Below, one piece after another: positions 44,401 to 54,700 of a stretch of DNA of 64,000 nucleotides. The position numbers and the translations under genes are program-made. The notes beneath the pieces are model-generated. The model made no database searches, had not been told where the DNA came from, and saw nothing but the letters and a program-made list of their open reading frames with translations. Location: the sequence record PV261925.1; one strand, given 5' to 3'. Position 1 is the stretch's first letter. Every line of letters starts with the position of its first letter.

Positions 44401-45056
44401 CTATTGTTGATAGAATTCTTAATTACTGATGGTTTCTTTGGAACCCATTGTCCTGGTCTGAAATCAGTGGATTGTGTAGAACCAGCAGAGACATATCCAT
44501 TACCATCTTTATAGAAACCAAACACATCTGGTGTGAGTGCTTGACCGTCTACAAAAAACCAATCAAAATATTCTTGTGATGGACCAGATGGAGCATATGG
44601 AACACCACCAGCTATAACAGTACCAATGGTATGCATCACTTGTGTATTTACAGCACCATCATAGTTCAGACTAGGATAACTACCAGTTAGACTATCTTGT
44701 AATGTACCATTTACATATAATTTTAATCTTTCTTGAGCAACACTTTTGGTAACATCCCATTTAAGTAATATATGCATCCAACTTCCAACATCCCTAAACA
44801 CATTTGTAGTGCTTAATTCATGATCTCCACCACCTTGATTTCTACCAAGTTGTATTGTTCCATCACCATTAAAATTTGCAACAGACTGATATGGTGATGA
44901 AGATTGTGTTGTGTAAAAATTGAAAAAAGCACCAGAAGTATTCTCTGGATTTTGATTTGCTGCTACAGCGTTCCTCTTTACCCAAAAAGATAAGGTCCAA
45001 CTATGTATGTTACCAGTGCTTGTAGGAGTTCTATGAAGGTATTCTTTTACAGCCAT
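41469..45056 (-). CDS. Large lectin-like (LamG/ConA, SPRY-like) tail fibre protein
   Basis: FTVEGWFYP..WNHVAISR..GYIQDVRVYKG (LamG-like); GKWYVE (SPRY-like); GFKPDLVWIKSR and GFKPAWVMIK repeats. Confidence 0.8.
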   Translation of the reverse strand: MAVKEYLHRTPTSTGNIHSWTLSFWVKRNAVAANQNPENTSGAFFNFYTTQSSSPYQSVANFNGDGTIQLGRNQGGGDHELSTTNVFRDVGSWMHILLKWDVTKSVAQERLKLYVNGTLQDSLTGSYPSLNYDGAVNTQVMHTIGTVIAGGVPYAPSGPSQEYFDWFFVDGQALTPDVFGFYKDGNGYVSAGSTQSTDFRPGQWVPKKPSVIKNSINNSGGFGVNGFYLPMNDSSNLGADFHTTPNSIITLKGEDLPQPRNGAPDTTDAYVSQLRSDPYAANLVLAVPGIGTAIGADIVSNGYEWTGASGTTPPTGWYTTGSTATYSVNSDGQLVYNRNGDGTGSTAKFSQDLTTVNGKVYHLVLDLVARTTGGFVLDVGGAINVFASTTDTGIKRYTFTATSTTTTISMRNSSTSGTLTIDNVKVRQVDDAPRDYSADIKGSGTNKTLTANGNAGVGYEIPSYYGTSVNYQNANSYVDTPGTSGDFNMGTGDFTVEGWFYPIANGGNARLFGQNTNTNNAWDVYIDGSSSSGQLWMMGGAYQLTSASIQGNQWNHVAISRKNLVWTTYINGVAAGIVTSIVNNTVGDSTNKFRVGQIGENAYGGVGYGFQGYIQDVRVYKGVAKYKGGFDVPKPYTPVGIESWRAVSDCTANNFATLNPLANAVAGTLTRGNLQVSGTTANDKHVFSTFGFTSGKWYVEVRDVDQQARGNILVSDADHDAATVGTNNVSVQMWDGTVATSGTDNGNLSAFSTGDILAIAYDADIGSVWIAKNEAVDTSGTAMATGISTTPERDYRFSYRESGGTQTTVNWNFGQNPTFSGQVSAASTQRNADSNGKGEFRYQPPTGFLALCEDNLPTPAIADPGDYFKTVLYTGSGGSKAITGVGFKPDLVWIKSRTANLYHLLTDSVRGVDNTLSSNTTDNEAFSTERVLNSFDNDGFSLNVDDGSGYYGWNVNGQNMVAWCWKANGAAVSNTDGSITSQVSANQTAGFSIATYTATGSTGSIGHGLGKTPSFVITKHRNLATHWRIWHKSLTAYDYTLFFNTGAQQSQPAYSALPTSSVINLAGDLTGAYDFVTYSWAEIEGFSKFGSYVGNGSADGPFVYCGFKPAWVMIKSSTVATNWYIFDNSRKTINPITAVLFPNTNDRETDNAHDVDFLSNGFKVRQASGFGGNNSGATYIFAAFAESPFKTANAK

Positions 45057-45067
45057 TATACTTTACC

Positions 45068-45676
45068 TCAACCTAAGATTACTGAACCTGATGGGAAGTA
45101 ATCAGTGATGATTTCTACCCAGTTTGTACCGTCGTATATCTCTAACGCCTTACTTGTACTGTTGAATCTAATGAAACCCTCCACACCTGTGGGTCTCTGT
45201 GCTGTTGTACCCTTTGGAAGTCCAATAGCATCAGTGTTCTGTGAAACATCAAGACTGACTTCAGGTCCAGTGCTTCCAATACCTACCGAACTACCTGCAC
45301 CAGTGACATGAATACCACCACGCGTGGTGATGATACCAAGAGAATCAACGTTGGTGACATCCTCATATGTCAGTGTGCCAGCAACTGATACATTACCTAA
45401 AAGAGTTCTGGTGTCTACACTGAGGAATGTACCAACACCAAGTGGACTATGAATACCACTTGAACTGATAGTAGTAACACCGACTAATGTGGAACCAATA
45501 CTTACAGTGTCGCTGAATGTTGCGATACCAGTAATACTTAAGTTGTTGAATTCATAAGTATTTGATGCTGTGATGTTATCAGCGTCAATACGAGTTGCGG
45601 TAACCACACCAACATTCAGGTCGGTAGGTTGCCCTATAGCAGTTGAAAAACCTGATAATGTACTTGCTCTAGACAT
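45068..45676 (-). CDS. Tail fibre-like protein
   Basis: LTYEDVTNVDSLG module; C-terminal PKGTTAQRP..IRFN..EIYDGTNW. Confidence 0.75.
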   Translation of the reverse strand: MSRASTLSGFSTAIGQPTDLNVGVVTATRIDADNITASNTYEFNNLSITGIATFSDTVSIGSTLVGVTTISSSGIHSPLGVGTFLSVDTRTLLGNVSVAGTLTYEDVTNVDSLGIITTRGGIHVTGAGSSVGIGSTGPEVSLDVSQNTDAIGLPKGTTAQRPTGVEGFIRFNSTSKALEIYDGTNWVEIITDYFPSGSVILG

Positions 45677-45696
45677 CTTGGTGTGTTTTTAGTTAT

Positions 45697-45758
45697 TTAT
45701 TCAGAGTCAACAGGTATGGTTAGTTGCTTTCAACTGCCAGTTTGGAGTTGCCTCCAGA
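45697..45758 (-). pseudogene. Degenerate remnant of a YLEW.EEGNTP chaperone gene
   Basis: ACCATACCTGTTGACTCTGAATAA vs ACACCATTACCTACTGACTCTGAATAA at the end of the intact paralog (47245); no start codon, in-frame stop. Confidence 0.55.
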
Positions 45759-47222
45759 TCAAAGTTCGGCATCGAGTTGTAGGCTAGTGAATGTCAACCA
45801 ATAAACCGCATTATCATTTACTGAAACGTTACTTACTGTGTAATCCAATGTTGGCTTAAGTTCCGAAAAATTGCCGACGGAAAATGTGGCGCTACCAAAA
45901 CTTATGTTCGTTGCGTCATACTTATATATCTGAGAAATAGTATTGTTCCTAAACACGGGAGTGCCCCTCATCGAAGATGCTAGTGAAAGAGGAAACACTA
46001 AAGTTGTTGGTGAAGATGCGGCACCGATAAGTCTTCCCAGCGGCCCAATCTGTTGAAAATAACGTTGGCATCTCTGAAGCTCATCACCATAGCTCCGATG
46101 TTCAAAAAGTGTGGCTCTGGTGCCTAATTCTAACTGAACACCAGTAAGATGAAACTCTTGGTCAGTAACACTACCAAGTCCAAAATTGGTTGGGTTGCGT
46201 TGGTTATCGTTTAAGGTTGCCCAATTTGTATTTGCAGACCCACCAGTAAAGGTGGATCCACTATTAAGCCACCATTCAATCCAAAAACCTACTCCATTGT
46301 CACCCTCACTTGATTCAGAAAGTCCATTTGCTGGGAAGGTAAGTGATTTATGTTCCCAAGTATTTAAAGCATTAATGGTGTATGTTTTTGTCATACCACG
46401 CAGGTTGCCGTCGGAATACAAAATAGTCAAAGAAGCGGTCCCTGTCCTGTTGGATTTCACCCAAAAAGATAGAGTAAATTCTTTTGCTCCAGTAGTTACC
46501 CACGCCAATCTCTGCATGTCTTGCTTTTCTACGCCATAACGGATGAAAGCGTAAGAGCCAGCAGCTGGTGACGCATTTCCACTGGTACATGTAGCGCGAT
46601 AGCTGTAATCAAATCCTGGAGGTCCGCTTGCATGTCTTTCAACGGTCCAAGTACCTAACGTGTTGATAAATTGCCTGTAACGATCAACAGTCAAATAAGC
46701 ATCTGTTGAAGTTATATTGTTGACACTGATATTCCTCTGTGCAAATTGCATCGACCCATTAATAATCATATTGCGATTACTAAGAGCACCAGCAGTTGGG
46801 AAACCTAAGTCATTAATACTATCAACACCATAGACAGAACCAATACCTGCTGTGGTTACCCCAGTAATACTTGAACTACCTGATGTTCCGTCAATCGTAA
46901 CTGAACCAGTACCAATTGTTAGAATACCAGTGATTCTAGCATCTCCATTTACTGTCAGAGCAGTCTGACCAACTCCAGTCACAGTCGTGATACCGAGACT
47001 GGAGATACCAATAACATTCAATCCACCTCTTGCAGTAACAACACCAACAGAATCAATATTAGTTACGTCTTCATAAGTCAGTGTACCACCAATTGATACA
47101 TCACCACTAAAGGATGCACCACCAGTATAAGTAGTGAAACCAGTGACAGTCAGACCCTTGGGACAATCAGGTGCACCAGTATCAAAATGATTTACAATCT
47201 CATTTACTTGGATCTTAGACAT
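45759..47222 (-). CDS. Tail fibre / RBP (NRN family, copy 4; mosaic N-terminus)
   Basis: Same conserved boxes; N-terminal blocks shared with copies 1 and 5. Confidence 0.8.
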   Translation of the reverse strand: MSKIQVNEIVNHFDTGAPDCPKGLTVTGFTTYTGGASFSGDVSIGGTLTYEDVTNIDSVGVVTARGGLNVIGISSLGITTVTGVGQTALTVNGDARITGILTIGTGSVTIDGTSGSSSITGVTTAGIGSVYGVDSINDLGFPTAGALSNRNMIINGSMQFAQRNISVNNITSTDAYLTVDRYRQFINTLGTWTVERHASGPPGFDYSYRATCTSGNASPAAGSYAFIRYGVEKQDMQRLAWVTTGAKEFTLSFWVKSNRTGTASLTILYSDGNLRGMTKTYTINALNTWEHKSLTFPANGLSESSEGDNGVGFWIEWWLNSGSTFTGGSANTNWATLNDNQRNPTNFGLGSVTDQEFHLTGVQLELGTRATLFEHRSYGDELQRCQRYFQQIGPLGRLIGAASSPTTLVFPLSLASSMRGTPVFRNNTISQIYKYDATNISFGSATFSVGNFSELKPTLDYTVSNVSVNDNAVYWLTFTSLQLDAEL

Positions 47223-47244
47223 ATCACGTAAACTTTTTAGTTAT

Positions 47245-47406
47245 TTATTCAGAGTCAGTAGGTAATGGTGTGTTACCTTCTTCAACCCATTCAAGGTATT
47301 TTTGGTAGTCAGTATTGGCAGTATCAAGTGGAATAGTTCCGATACCTTGTCCATCGATTGCAATCAACTTTTTTGTAAAAAAATCGTAAATTCCAGTGTA
47401 AATCAT
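47245..47406 (-). CDS. Small tail-fibre-associated protein (YLEW.EEGNTP family, 53 aa)
   Basis: Manual translation ending IPLDTANTDYQKYLEWVEEGNTPLPTDSE. Confidence 0.8.
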   Translation of the reverse strand: MIYTGIYDFFTKKLIAIDGQGIGTIPLDTANTDYQKYLEWVEEGNTPLPTDSE

Positions 47407-47408
47407 AG

Positions 47409-48806
47409 TCATAACTCCGCAGAAATGTAGATGTCTTCTGTTGTGAAACCAAACAAAAACGCCGTTCCTAGGTTATTGTTTGCATTGTTCGTATTTTTGT
47501 AGTTTGGATTTAAAATGTGGGTAGAGGAGCCGCTAGTAACAATAAAATTAAGTTCTGCGTTTGTTTCACCTCCATAATTTACATTTAGCATACCTGTTGA
47601 GATTGTAGCTGATCCATCACTAGCTTTTGTTGTAGGTGCAGCCCTCATTCTTGGAATAACTATAGATCCTTCTAACCGTGCATCTGAGTATGCTACACCA
47701 TTTGCACTTCTCGTGACCGATACGCCATTAGGCAGCATTTGGAAATAGCGCATACACTTTTGAAGATCATCCCCATAGCTCCGACGTTCAAATGGTGTAC
47801 TTTTAGTTCCTACTTCTACCTGCAATCCAGTAACATAAAAGTCATTATTAAGCGTATCTGACCAAGTATTAGTCATGCCAGGTGTTCCAAATAAGTTTGA
47901 ATTATGCCAAGTGTTTGCTGTACCATGAAAAGTAGTACCAACATCAATACCCATCAGTATTTCTAGACCTTTCCCGTTTGTACTTTCAAAAGTTCCTGAA
48001 TCTGCCCCAGGGATTGTAAAAGTTTTATACTCCCAAGTATTTGCAGCTTGAATTGAATACTCTCCAGTGTAGTTTTTAGTGGCTGTGTTGTTTCTAAAAC
48101 AAAAACCATAAGTGCCAGCAACACTAGATTTTACCCAAAAAGAAACGGCTACTGTTTTACAATTTGCGTTTCCATATTCAAGCTGATTTATATCATATCC
48201 TTCAAAAGAATATCCAAGAAGCACGTAGCCAAAAGCAGGTGTTCCTGCAGCGTTAGCGCTGACTCTCAATTTATATGAATATTGAAATCCTTGGCCTGCA
48301 GGTACATCCGTGTCTTGTGATTGATCAACGCTAAAAGTATTAAAAGTGCTGGAGTACGTTTTAAATCTGTCAATTAAGTATTCCCCGTCAACGGTTACAG
48401 TTACTGGTCCTGCTCCTCTTTGTGCTATTGCCATCGCACCGTTGTGGACCAAATTACGATTACTTAATGGACCAGTAGTAGGAAAACCTAAGTCATTAAT
48501 ACTATCAACACCATAGACAGAACCAATACCTGCTGTGGATACACCAGTGATACTTGAACTACCTGATGTTCCATCAATAGTAACTGAACCAGTACCAATT
48601 GTTAGAATACCAGTGATTCTTGCATCACCACCAACGACCAACTCTGTTGTGGCACCACCAACTACTGTATTACTAAATGTTGATACCCCAGTTACAGATA
48701 AACCACTACCAACATGTAAGTCACTTGAAATGGTAGTCACACCCGTCAGCACTGGTCCGTGAGAACCAGTCCTACCTGTAATAGAATTTACATTAATTGC
48801 TGACAT
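47409..48806 (-). CDS. Tail fibre / RBP (NRN family, copy 5)
   Basis: Same conserved boxes as copy 1. Confidence 0.8.
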   Translation of the reverse strand: MSAINVNSITGRTGSHGPVLTGVTTISSDLHVGSGLSVTGVSTFSNTVVGGATTELVVGGDARITGILTIGTGSVTIDGTSGSSSITGVSTAGIGSVYGVDSINDLGFPTTGPLSNRNLVHNGAMAIAQRGAGPVTVTVDGEYLIDRFKTYSSTFNTFSVDQSQDTDVPAGQGFQYSYKLRVSANAAGTPAFGYVLLGYSFEGYDINQLEYGNANCKTVAVSFWVKSSVAGTYGFCFRNNTATKNYTGEYSIQAANTWEYKTFTIPGADSGTFESTNGKGLEILMGIDVGTTFHGTANTWHNSNLFGTPGMTNTWSDTLNNDFYVTGLQVEVGTKSTPFERRSYGDDLQKCMRYFQMLPNGVSVTRSANGVAYSDARLEGSIVIPRMRAAPTTKASDGSATISTGMLNVNYGGETNAELNFIVTSGSSTHILNPNYKNTNNANNNLGTAFLFGFTTEDIYISAEL

Positions 48807-48831
48807 TGTTTATATCTTTTAAAGGTATTTA

Positions 48832-49464
48832 TCAGAGGTCACCCAACTGATATAAATCAGTCACGAGTGTTTTACCAAGACCAACAGTAATTGTAGCACC
48901 AGTGCTGACAATCATTCTTGGTTCCTGGACTACAACATATGTATTATCTGCACCTGCATTTGTCGTATTCAGGTCAATTGTCTCATTGACATAGACAGTT
49001 GCATTGATGTAACTAAATGGACTTTCTGTGTTACTAGGATAACGAATAGCAGTACCAACACCACCACCAGCACCACTGACTTCTACGTTAATGGTGTCAC
49101 CAGATTGTGAGAATGTAGTTGCAGTGCCAACAAAGTTAAGTGTATTTGCTTCACCTACAGATACACCATTGGAGTGAATACCAATGGTGGCTTGTGCTGC
49201 ATTGAATGCTTTATATGTAACAGCCTCGATAATGTCACCAGGCTGTGGATGTGTAATGAATGAGAAGTTATTACCATCACCAGCAGTGAAGTCAATACCT
49301 CTAATCTGTTTTGCACCGTTCAGATAGACATCAAAATACTGAAGATCGTATCCTGATGCAAAGTTATAGGTAGTTTGAATACCTGTGGGTTGATAGACCT
49401 GACGTGAAACAGTTACCGCTGAGTCACTAGGAGATCTTCCGATGTAACCGTTATTTCCAATCAT
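48832..49464 (-). CDS. Virion structural protein
   Basis: MIGNNGYIGRSP..DVYLNG..DFTAGDG. Confidence 0.75.
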   Translation of the reverse strand: MIGNNGYIGRSPSDSAVTVSRQVYQPTGIQTTYNFASGYDLQYFDVYLNGAKQIRGIDFTAGDGNNFSFITHPQPGDIIEAVTYKAFNAAQATIGIHSNGVSVGEANTLNFVGTATTFSQSGDTINVEVSGAGGGVGTAIRYPSNTESPFSYINATVYVNETIDLNTTNAGADNTYVVVQEPRMIVSTGATITVGLGKTLVTDLYQLGDL

Positions 49465-49991
49465 CAGGCAACTCCTGCAAGGACACTCAGATTGACATCA
49501 ACAGCTGTTGCAGTATTACAATATACCCTGACTTCTTCGTTCTGTCTCAGGATTGTCTTACCTGCATCACTGATAACAAATGAACTACCCTGTGGAACAG
49601 GAATGTTATTTGCAATATTAACAAAAGTATTTCCAACACCAACTTCTACAAAGATGTTGATATTGTTATCGGACAGGTTACAGAAAGTACCCCCGACCAG
49701 AATTGACTTGGTTGTTGCAGTGTATGCAGTGGTGACACCCAAGAAACTTACGGACTGATTAGTCGCAGAAGAAGTGTTGGTTGAAGTCTTGTCAAGTCTG
49801 ACCTGACCAGCATCAATATAAGCAACTTTTGCACCACCTCTGAAGTGAGTGGTTCTAACCATGTCACCAACAGCAACACCAGCAGTGGAGATACCAGTAA
49901 TGATGGTAACACCAGCTCCAATACTTCCGCTTGAACTAGTGGTCACAATACCAGCAGCTCTTGTCAGTGAATTTGTAAATGACTCCGCCAT
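49464..49991 (-). CDS. Virion structural protein
   Basis: IANNIPVPQGSSFVISDAGK..VNLSVLAGV. Confidence 0.75.
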   Translation of the reverse strand: MAESFTNSLTRAAGIVTTSSSGSIGAGVTIITGISTAGVAVGDMVRTTHFRGGAKVAYIDAGQVRLDKTSTNTSSATNQSVSFLGVTTAYTATTKSILVGGTFCNLSDNNINIFVEVGVGNTFVNIANNIPVPQGSSFVISDAGKTILRQNEEVRVYCNTATAVDVNLSVLAGVA

Positions 49992-50016
49992 TGTATTAAT
50001 ACTTTTTAGTTATTTA

Positions 50017-51435
50017 TCAAAGTCCACCAAGAGCAATGACCATTGCTAATGAAGGAACAGAGTTATTATTGACAGTCAGTTCACCATCAATATTAGTGTC
50101 TCCTCTGACATCTAGAGTATATAAGGGGTTTGTAGTCCCGATGCCCACCATTGTAGTGGTGGCTGTTGATACAACAGTGAATGAAGAGTTAGCAAGACCT
50201 ACCTGAAGAGCATTCAGTGGATCATCCGTACCAATACCAAGAGTTGTAATGTGTGCTGTTGGTGCAGTGACAACACCAGCAAATGATGCATTACCTGATG
50301 GTAGGAGTGTGATACCAATACCAGTACCACCACTATAATCATAACCGACGTGAATACCTTTTCTTGCAGTAACAAAACCGAGAGAGTCAATGCTCTCTAC
50401 ATCTTCATAAATCAGGGTGCCACCAATGGTGACATTACCTGTGAATGTTGCAGATGCACCTACAATATCAGTGACATATGCAGTAACAACACCGATTGAC
50501 TCAAGACCAGTGACGATTCCGAGAGTAGATATACCAGTAACAACTAATGAATCTGCAACAACATTTGCTGTATTGGCAAGACCAGTAATTGTGACATTAC
50601 CTGTTGAGCTGTCAACAGAAATATTATCACCCGCTGTAATTGAGGTGACAATACCTGATAATTCGGTGCCTCTACCATAGTAAGTTACTACACCAGCAGA
50701 ACCACCAACAGTTGCACCGACACCCGATGATGTAATCTTAAAGTCTGCGAATGAAGATATACCTACATCAACATTCAGTTGAGTGACTGATGCAATACCA
50801 CCAATTACATTGGTTGCAATTCCAGCTTGTGCTACATAAGTCTGTTGTGAGACTGTAATTGTAGCAATACCACCGTTATTATTACCAGTTGCTACTACAT
50901 CTAAACCTCTAAAATCAAGACCACTAAATGTGGTACCAAGACCTACTGAACTTCCTTCATCGAATATTAAAATACCTTCAATAGCACCTGCAGGTGCAAC
51001 AGGTAACCATTGGGGAGGTTGTCCTACTCCTCTCGAATAGAGTCCATATCCAGTTATTCCATTCTCAAATGCAGAAGTGATACCAGGTTGTGCCTGATAT
51101 AATATCTGTCCTGCAGTACCACCGTAAATATTCGTTGCATTGGTGGCACTTGTGATTCCAGTCAGTCCCAGACCAGAACCATAATATTCGTTGGCTGTAA
51201 CGACACCAACGTTAATTACTGTCGTATTATTTACATCTACCGCATCAGTCGGTGTTGAAGTACCGATGCCGATACTTCCTGAAATATAAACATTCCCTCT
51301 TACATCCAGATCCTGCATTGCAGCATCTGTATTCAAGCCGATACGTCCGACTACTTCTAGTGATGTCTTTTCCTCACTAAAAGAACTGACACCAACTTTT
51401 AAATTAAGACGGTCGTTACTTCCGTATCTTGCCAT
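50017..51435 (-). CDS. Tail fibre-like protein
   Basis: GIGT repeats; C-terminal LAMVIALGG motif. Confidence 0.75.
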   Translation of the reverse strand: MARYGSNDRLNLKVGVSSFSEEKTSLEVVGRIGLNTDAAMQDLDVRGNVYISGSIGIGTSTPTDAVDVNNTTVINVGVVTANEYYGSGLGLTGITSATNATNIYGGTAGQILYQAQPGITSAFENGITGYGLYSRGVGQPPQWLPVAPAGAIEGILIFDEGSSVGLGTTFSGLDFRGLDVVATGNNNGGIATITVSQQTYVAQAGIATNVIGGIASVTQLNVDVGISSFADFKITSSGVGATVGGSAGVVTYYGRGTELSGIVTSITAGDNISVDSSTGNVTITGLANTANVVADSLVVTGISTLGIVTGLESIGVVTAYVTDIVGASATFTGNVTIGGTLIYEDVESIDSLGFVTARKGIHVGYDYSGGTGIGITLLPSGNASFAGVVTAPTAHITTLGIGTDDPLNALQVGLANSSFTVVSTATTTMVGIGTTNPLYTLDVRGDTNIDGELTVNNNSVPSLAMVIALGGL

Positions 51436-51440
51436 TGTTA

Positions 51441-51785
51441 TTACTGATTAAGTGTCTCTAAAACAGATGAGATGAACTTCACGTCAGTATTGCTACTGGA
51501 TGATATAACCATAGAATCACCAGATTCCAGAACAAGTTTGCCAGCCAAAAGATTGGCGGCATCATTAGCAGGAACTGGGAACCCTTTCAACATTTCAGTA
51601 GTAACTGCGATACCTGAAGTGGTTCTTTCGTGTGAAAAATTGATAGTTTGTGTGTCACTACCAACGTTGGTTGCTTGTGCTAAAAGGACAATAGCACTAT
51701 AACCAGTAGGTGCGGTATAGATACCGACCGTATTGAGTCCGACAACACCTGTGATTGTCTGATAATTGTTAAGGGCTAATGCCAT
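51441..51785 (-). CDS. Virion structural protein
   Basis: IYTAPTGYSAIVLLAQATN..GKLVLESGD. Confidence 0.75.
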   Translation of the reverse strand: MALALNNYQTITGVVGLNTVGIYTAPTGYSAIVLLAQATNVGSDTQTINFSHERTTSGIAVTTEMLKGFPVPANDAANLLAGKLVLESGDSMVISSSSNTDVKFISSVLETLNQ

Positions 51786-51788
51786 CTT

Positions 51789-54700
51789 TTAGTCTCCTCC
51801 TCCTAATGCGAGAATATAAGGTGTAATGTTTGCAAACAGAGATCTTTGATATGCGTCACCTGTGATAGAACCTTCCAATTGATTAATAATAACACCATCA
51901 CCAATCTTAAAGTTACCTGCCTGGTCAGTTGATGTGTAAATGACCAGACCACCATTCTTACTTGTAACTTCATTTTCTGGTTTTGCTACACCACCTCTTT
52001 GTGGGAGTGCGGAAAGAGCAGTATTTCCAGAACCGATGTATTCAAATGCGTGGCTTGAAGCAAGTACTCTACTCTGTTTGAAGAATGGAACTGTTGTTCC
52101 TACACCAACCGCGTAAGGTACATTTTCAGTAAAGGTGACTGTAGAGATACCCCCAACTACAGGAGTAGCACTACTAACCACATAGTATGTAGGTAAGATA
52201 ACAGGGGTGCCAGTAGCAGCACCATCAATATTAACAGTAGGAGTTCCTGTATAACCTCTACCATTTGAAATCATGTCAATTGATGTTACAACACCATCAG
52301 TGAGTCTTGCGACACCTGTTGCAGTTATACCCCAGGATTCAGATGGTGCAGAGAATGTGACAACTGGTGGAGTTGCATATCCTGAACCACCATTAGTAAT
52401 TGTGACGCCACTGATAGAACTATACAATTCATCCAGATATACAACCTGACCATCATAAGGTCTAGTAACAAAGGTTTCTACCTCACCACCACTAACATAT
52501 GTGTGTGCTAATGTAGAGACACCAACATAAGCTCTGAATTGTGTGTTAGATGGTACAGAATCCACCGTAAAGATATTTCCATAAGCACCACTTGGGAATG
52601 GAGCAAATGTACTGATACTTACATTTCCACCTTCCTGATAATTGTGTGTAATAGTTGATGGACCAACGTTGACTGTGAACTCTGTGGAAGTTCCAACTGT
52701 GATAACATCAAATACATGATTTGGAGCACCATTATTGTCACCAGGAGCAGGTGGGAAGTATGCAGTGGAAACACCACCACCAGAATCACAACTGAATACT
52801 AATTGGGCGAAAGTAACACTTGCACCAACGTAGAAGTTATTATCGACTGATGTCTGAACAGTCATAATACCACTTACTCTGTCATAATTTGCGGTCGAAA
52901 TACCGAATGATGTGACAGGAAGTTGTGAATCACATGTGAAGGTCATATCCTTCATTGTGACTGACATACCAACATTGAAACCGTGGTTAGTTGATGTTGT
53001 AATTGTGGTCAGACCAGTTACATTATCATATTCAGCATTAGTAATAGTAAGTGTGTCAACACCAATGTCAAGTGGGAAGATATTTGTACCTGCTGCTTTT
53101 GCTTCTGTGACTGTACCGATGAAACCTTGTGGTCCAATACCATCAGCAACGAGACCCAATCTACCGAAGGAAGAGTTGGAGTTAGTTAGGTCACATTGAC
53201 CACCAGAAGTACAAACAATACTCTGGTCATTGTAGATTGTGAAGATTGAAACTAACTGTGCATAACCTTCATTGGAGATTGAAACACCAATACCACCCTG
53301 ATTAAGTTGAGTATAGGAGTCAACATTCATTGCTCTGGTATCACCAATGACGTGTCTACCGTCAATCTTCATACCAATACTATTTGAGATGAAGTTGGTG
53401 CAGTTACGGATGTAAGGACCCTGTGTTACATATGATGGCTTATCAGGGTTGAATGCGATAATTGCCTTACCTTCATTCAATGAACCAGTGAATGAAAGAT
53501 TTTCTACATAACTACCATTTGCAACATAGATGAGGTCTTCATCTGGGTTTTGTGGGATGATTGAAACTTCTCTCAGACTGTCACCAAGAAGTGTGACCTG
53601 TTCTGGAAGAATGATTGGGTTGTTTTCTGAATAATTACCAGCAGAAATCTTAATGACTGTAGAAGCTTCAGCAACAGTCAGTGCAGAACCAACAGTTCTC
53701 TTCGCGGATGATACCAGATAACCATCATTTTCATCATTACCATCAGGGGTAACAAACAGGATGTTGGTGACAGATACAAGACCAACAACACCAGTCAGGT
53801 TTGAACCATCACCATAGAATGCTGTTGCACTGACAATACCAGTCTGACCATACATCGTGATGGCTGCACCGACTGATGCAATACCAGAGACATACAGACT
53901 ATCAGTGACTGTTGTGAAACCAAGTGTGGTTACCCCAGTGATATTCAGTGTTGTTGCTGTAATACCAGTACCAGCAACAGTCAGTCCAGTTCCAGCAGTT
54001 ACATAACCACCCAGGGTTGAGACACCAGTTACCTCTAGTGCATGAGTTGTGGTGATACCAGTAACACCAAGATTTTGTACTGTAGTGACACCAGTCAGAT
54101 TTGAATTTTCAAAATCTCCATTAAATACGGTAACACCAGCACCCAGAGTTACATCACCTTGGAATGTAGAAACACCAGTGACTTGCAAGAACTGAGTTGT
54201 GGTGACTCCACTGACACCCAGTGTTGCAATCGTTGATACGCCAGTGACTTCAAGGAACTGTGCAGTTGCAACTCCAGTGACACCCAGAGTTTGAACTGTA
54301 CCAACACCAGTGACATCTAAGAACTGTGTGGTGGTGATACCTGTAACACCTAACTGTCCAGTGATAGTAGTCAGACCAGACAGTGATGTGAGACCAGAAA
54401 CTACCAGGTTGTTTGGTACAGTAACGTTAGTATCCAGACCAACTGTGACTGTATTACCAAGACCGATTGTATAAATCTCGTTTGTAGTACCTTTGATTGT
54501 GAAGGTCTCTTCATCAAGGTCAATAGTGCCACCACCAGTGTCGGCATCGAAGGTCATTCCGATACCAGTTCTAGTCGCGTCTACATAAGCACGAATAGAT
54601 TGTTGTGTCGCCAGAGCATCAGCTCTGTTTGACACCATATCATCCTCATCGAGAATAGTGGTGATACCAACTAATGCACCCTCTTCACCAATCTGTAATT

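Larger units (their letters stand above)
31762..50016 (-). repeat. Repeated late promoter plus leader TAAATAACTAAAAA heading fibre cassettes
   Basis: TAAATA at 31771, 33462, 38092, 39465, 41463, 45694, 47242 and 50011, each followed by ACTAAAAA; variants at 36790 and 48826. Confidence 0.85.

Noticed and set aside
30807-48806. Diversity-generating retroelement acting on RBP genes
   Set aside because: No reverse transcriptase; mismatches between repeated blocks are not adenine-specific and are largely synonymous
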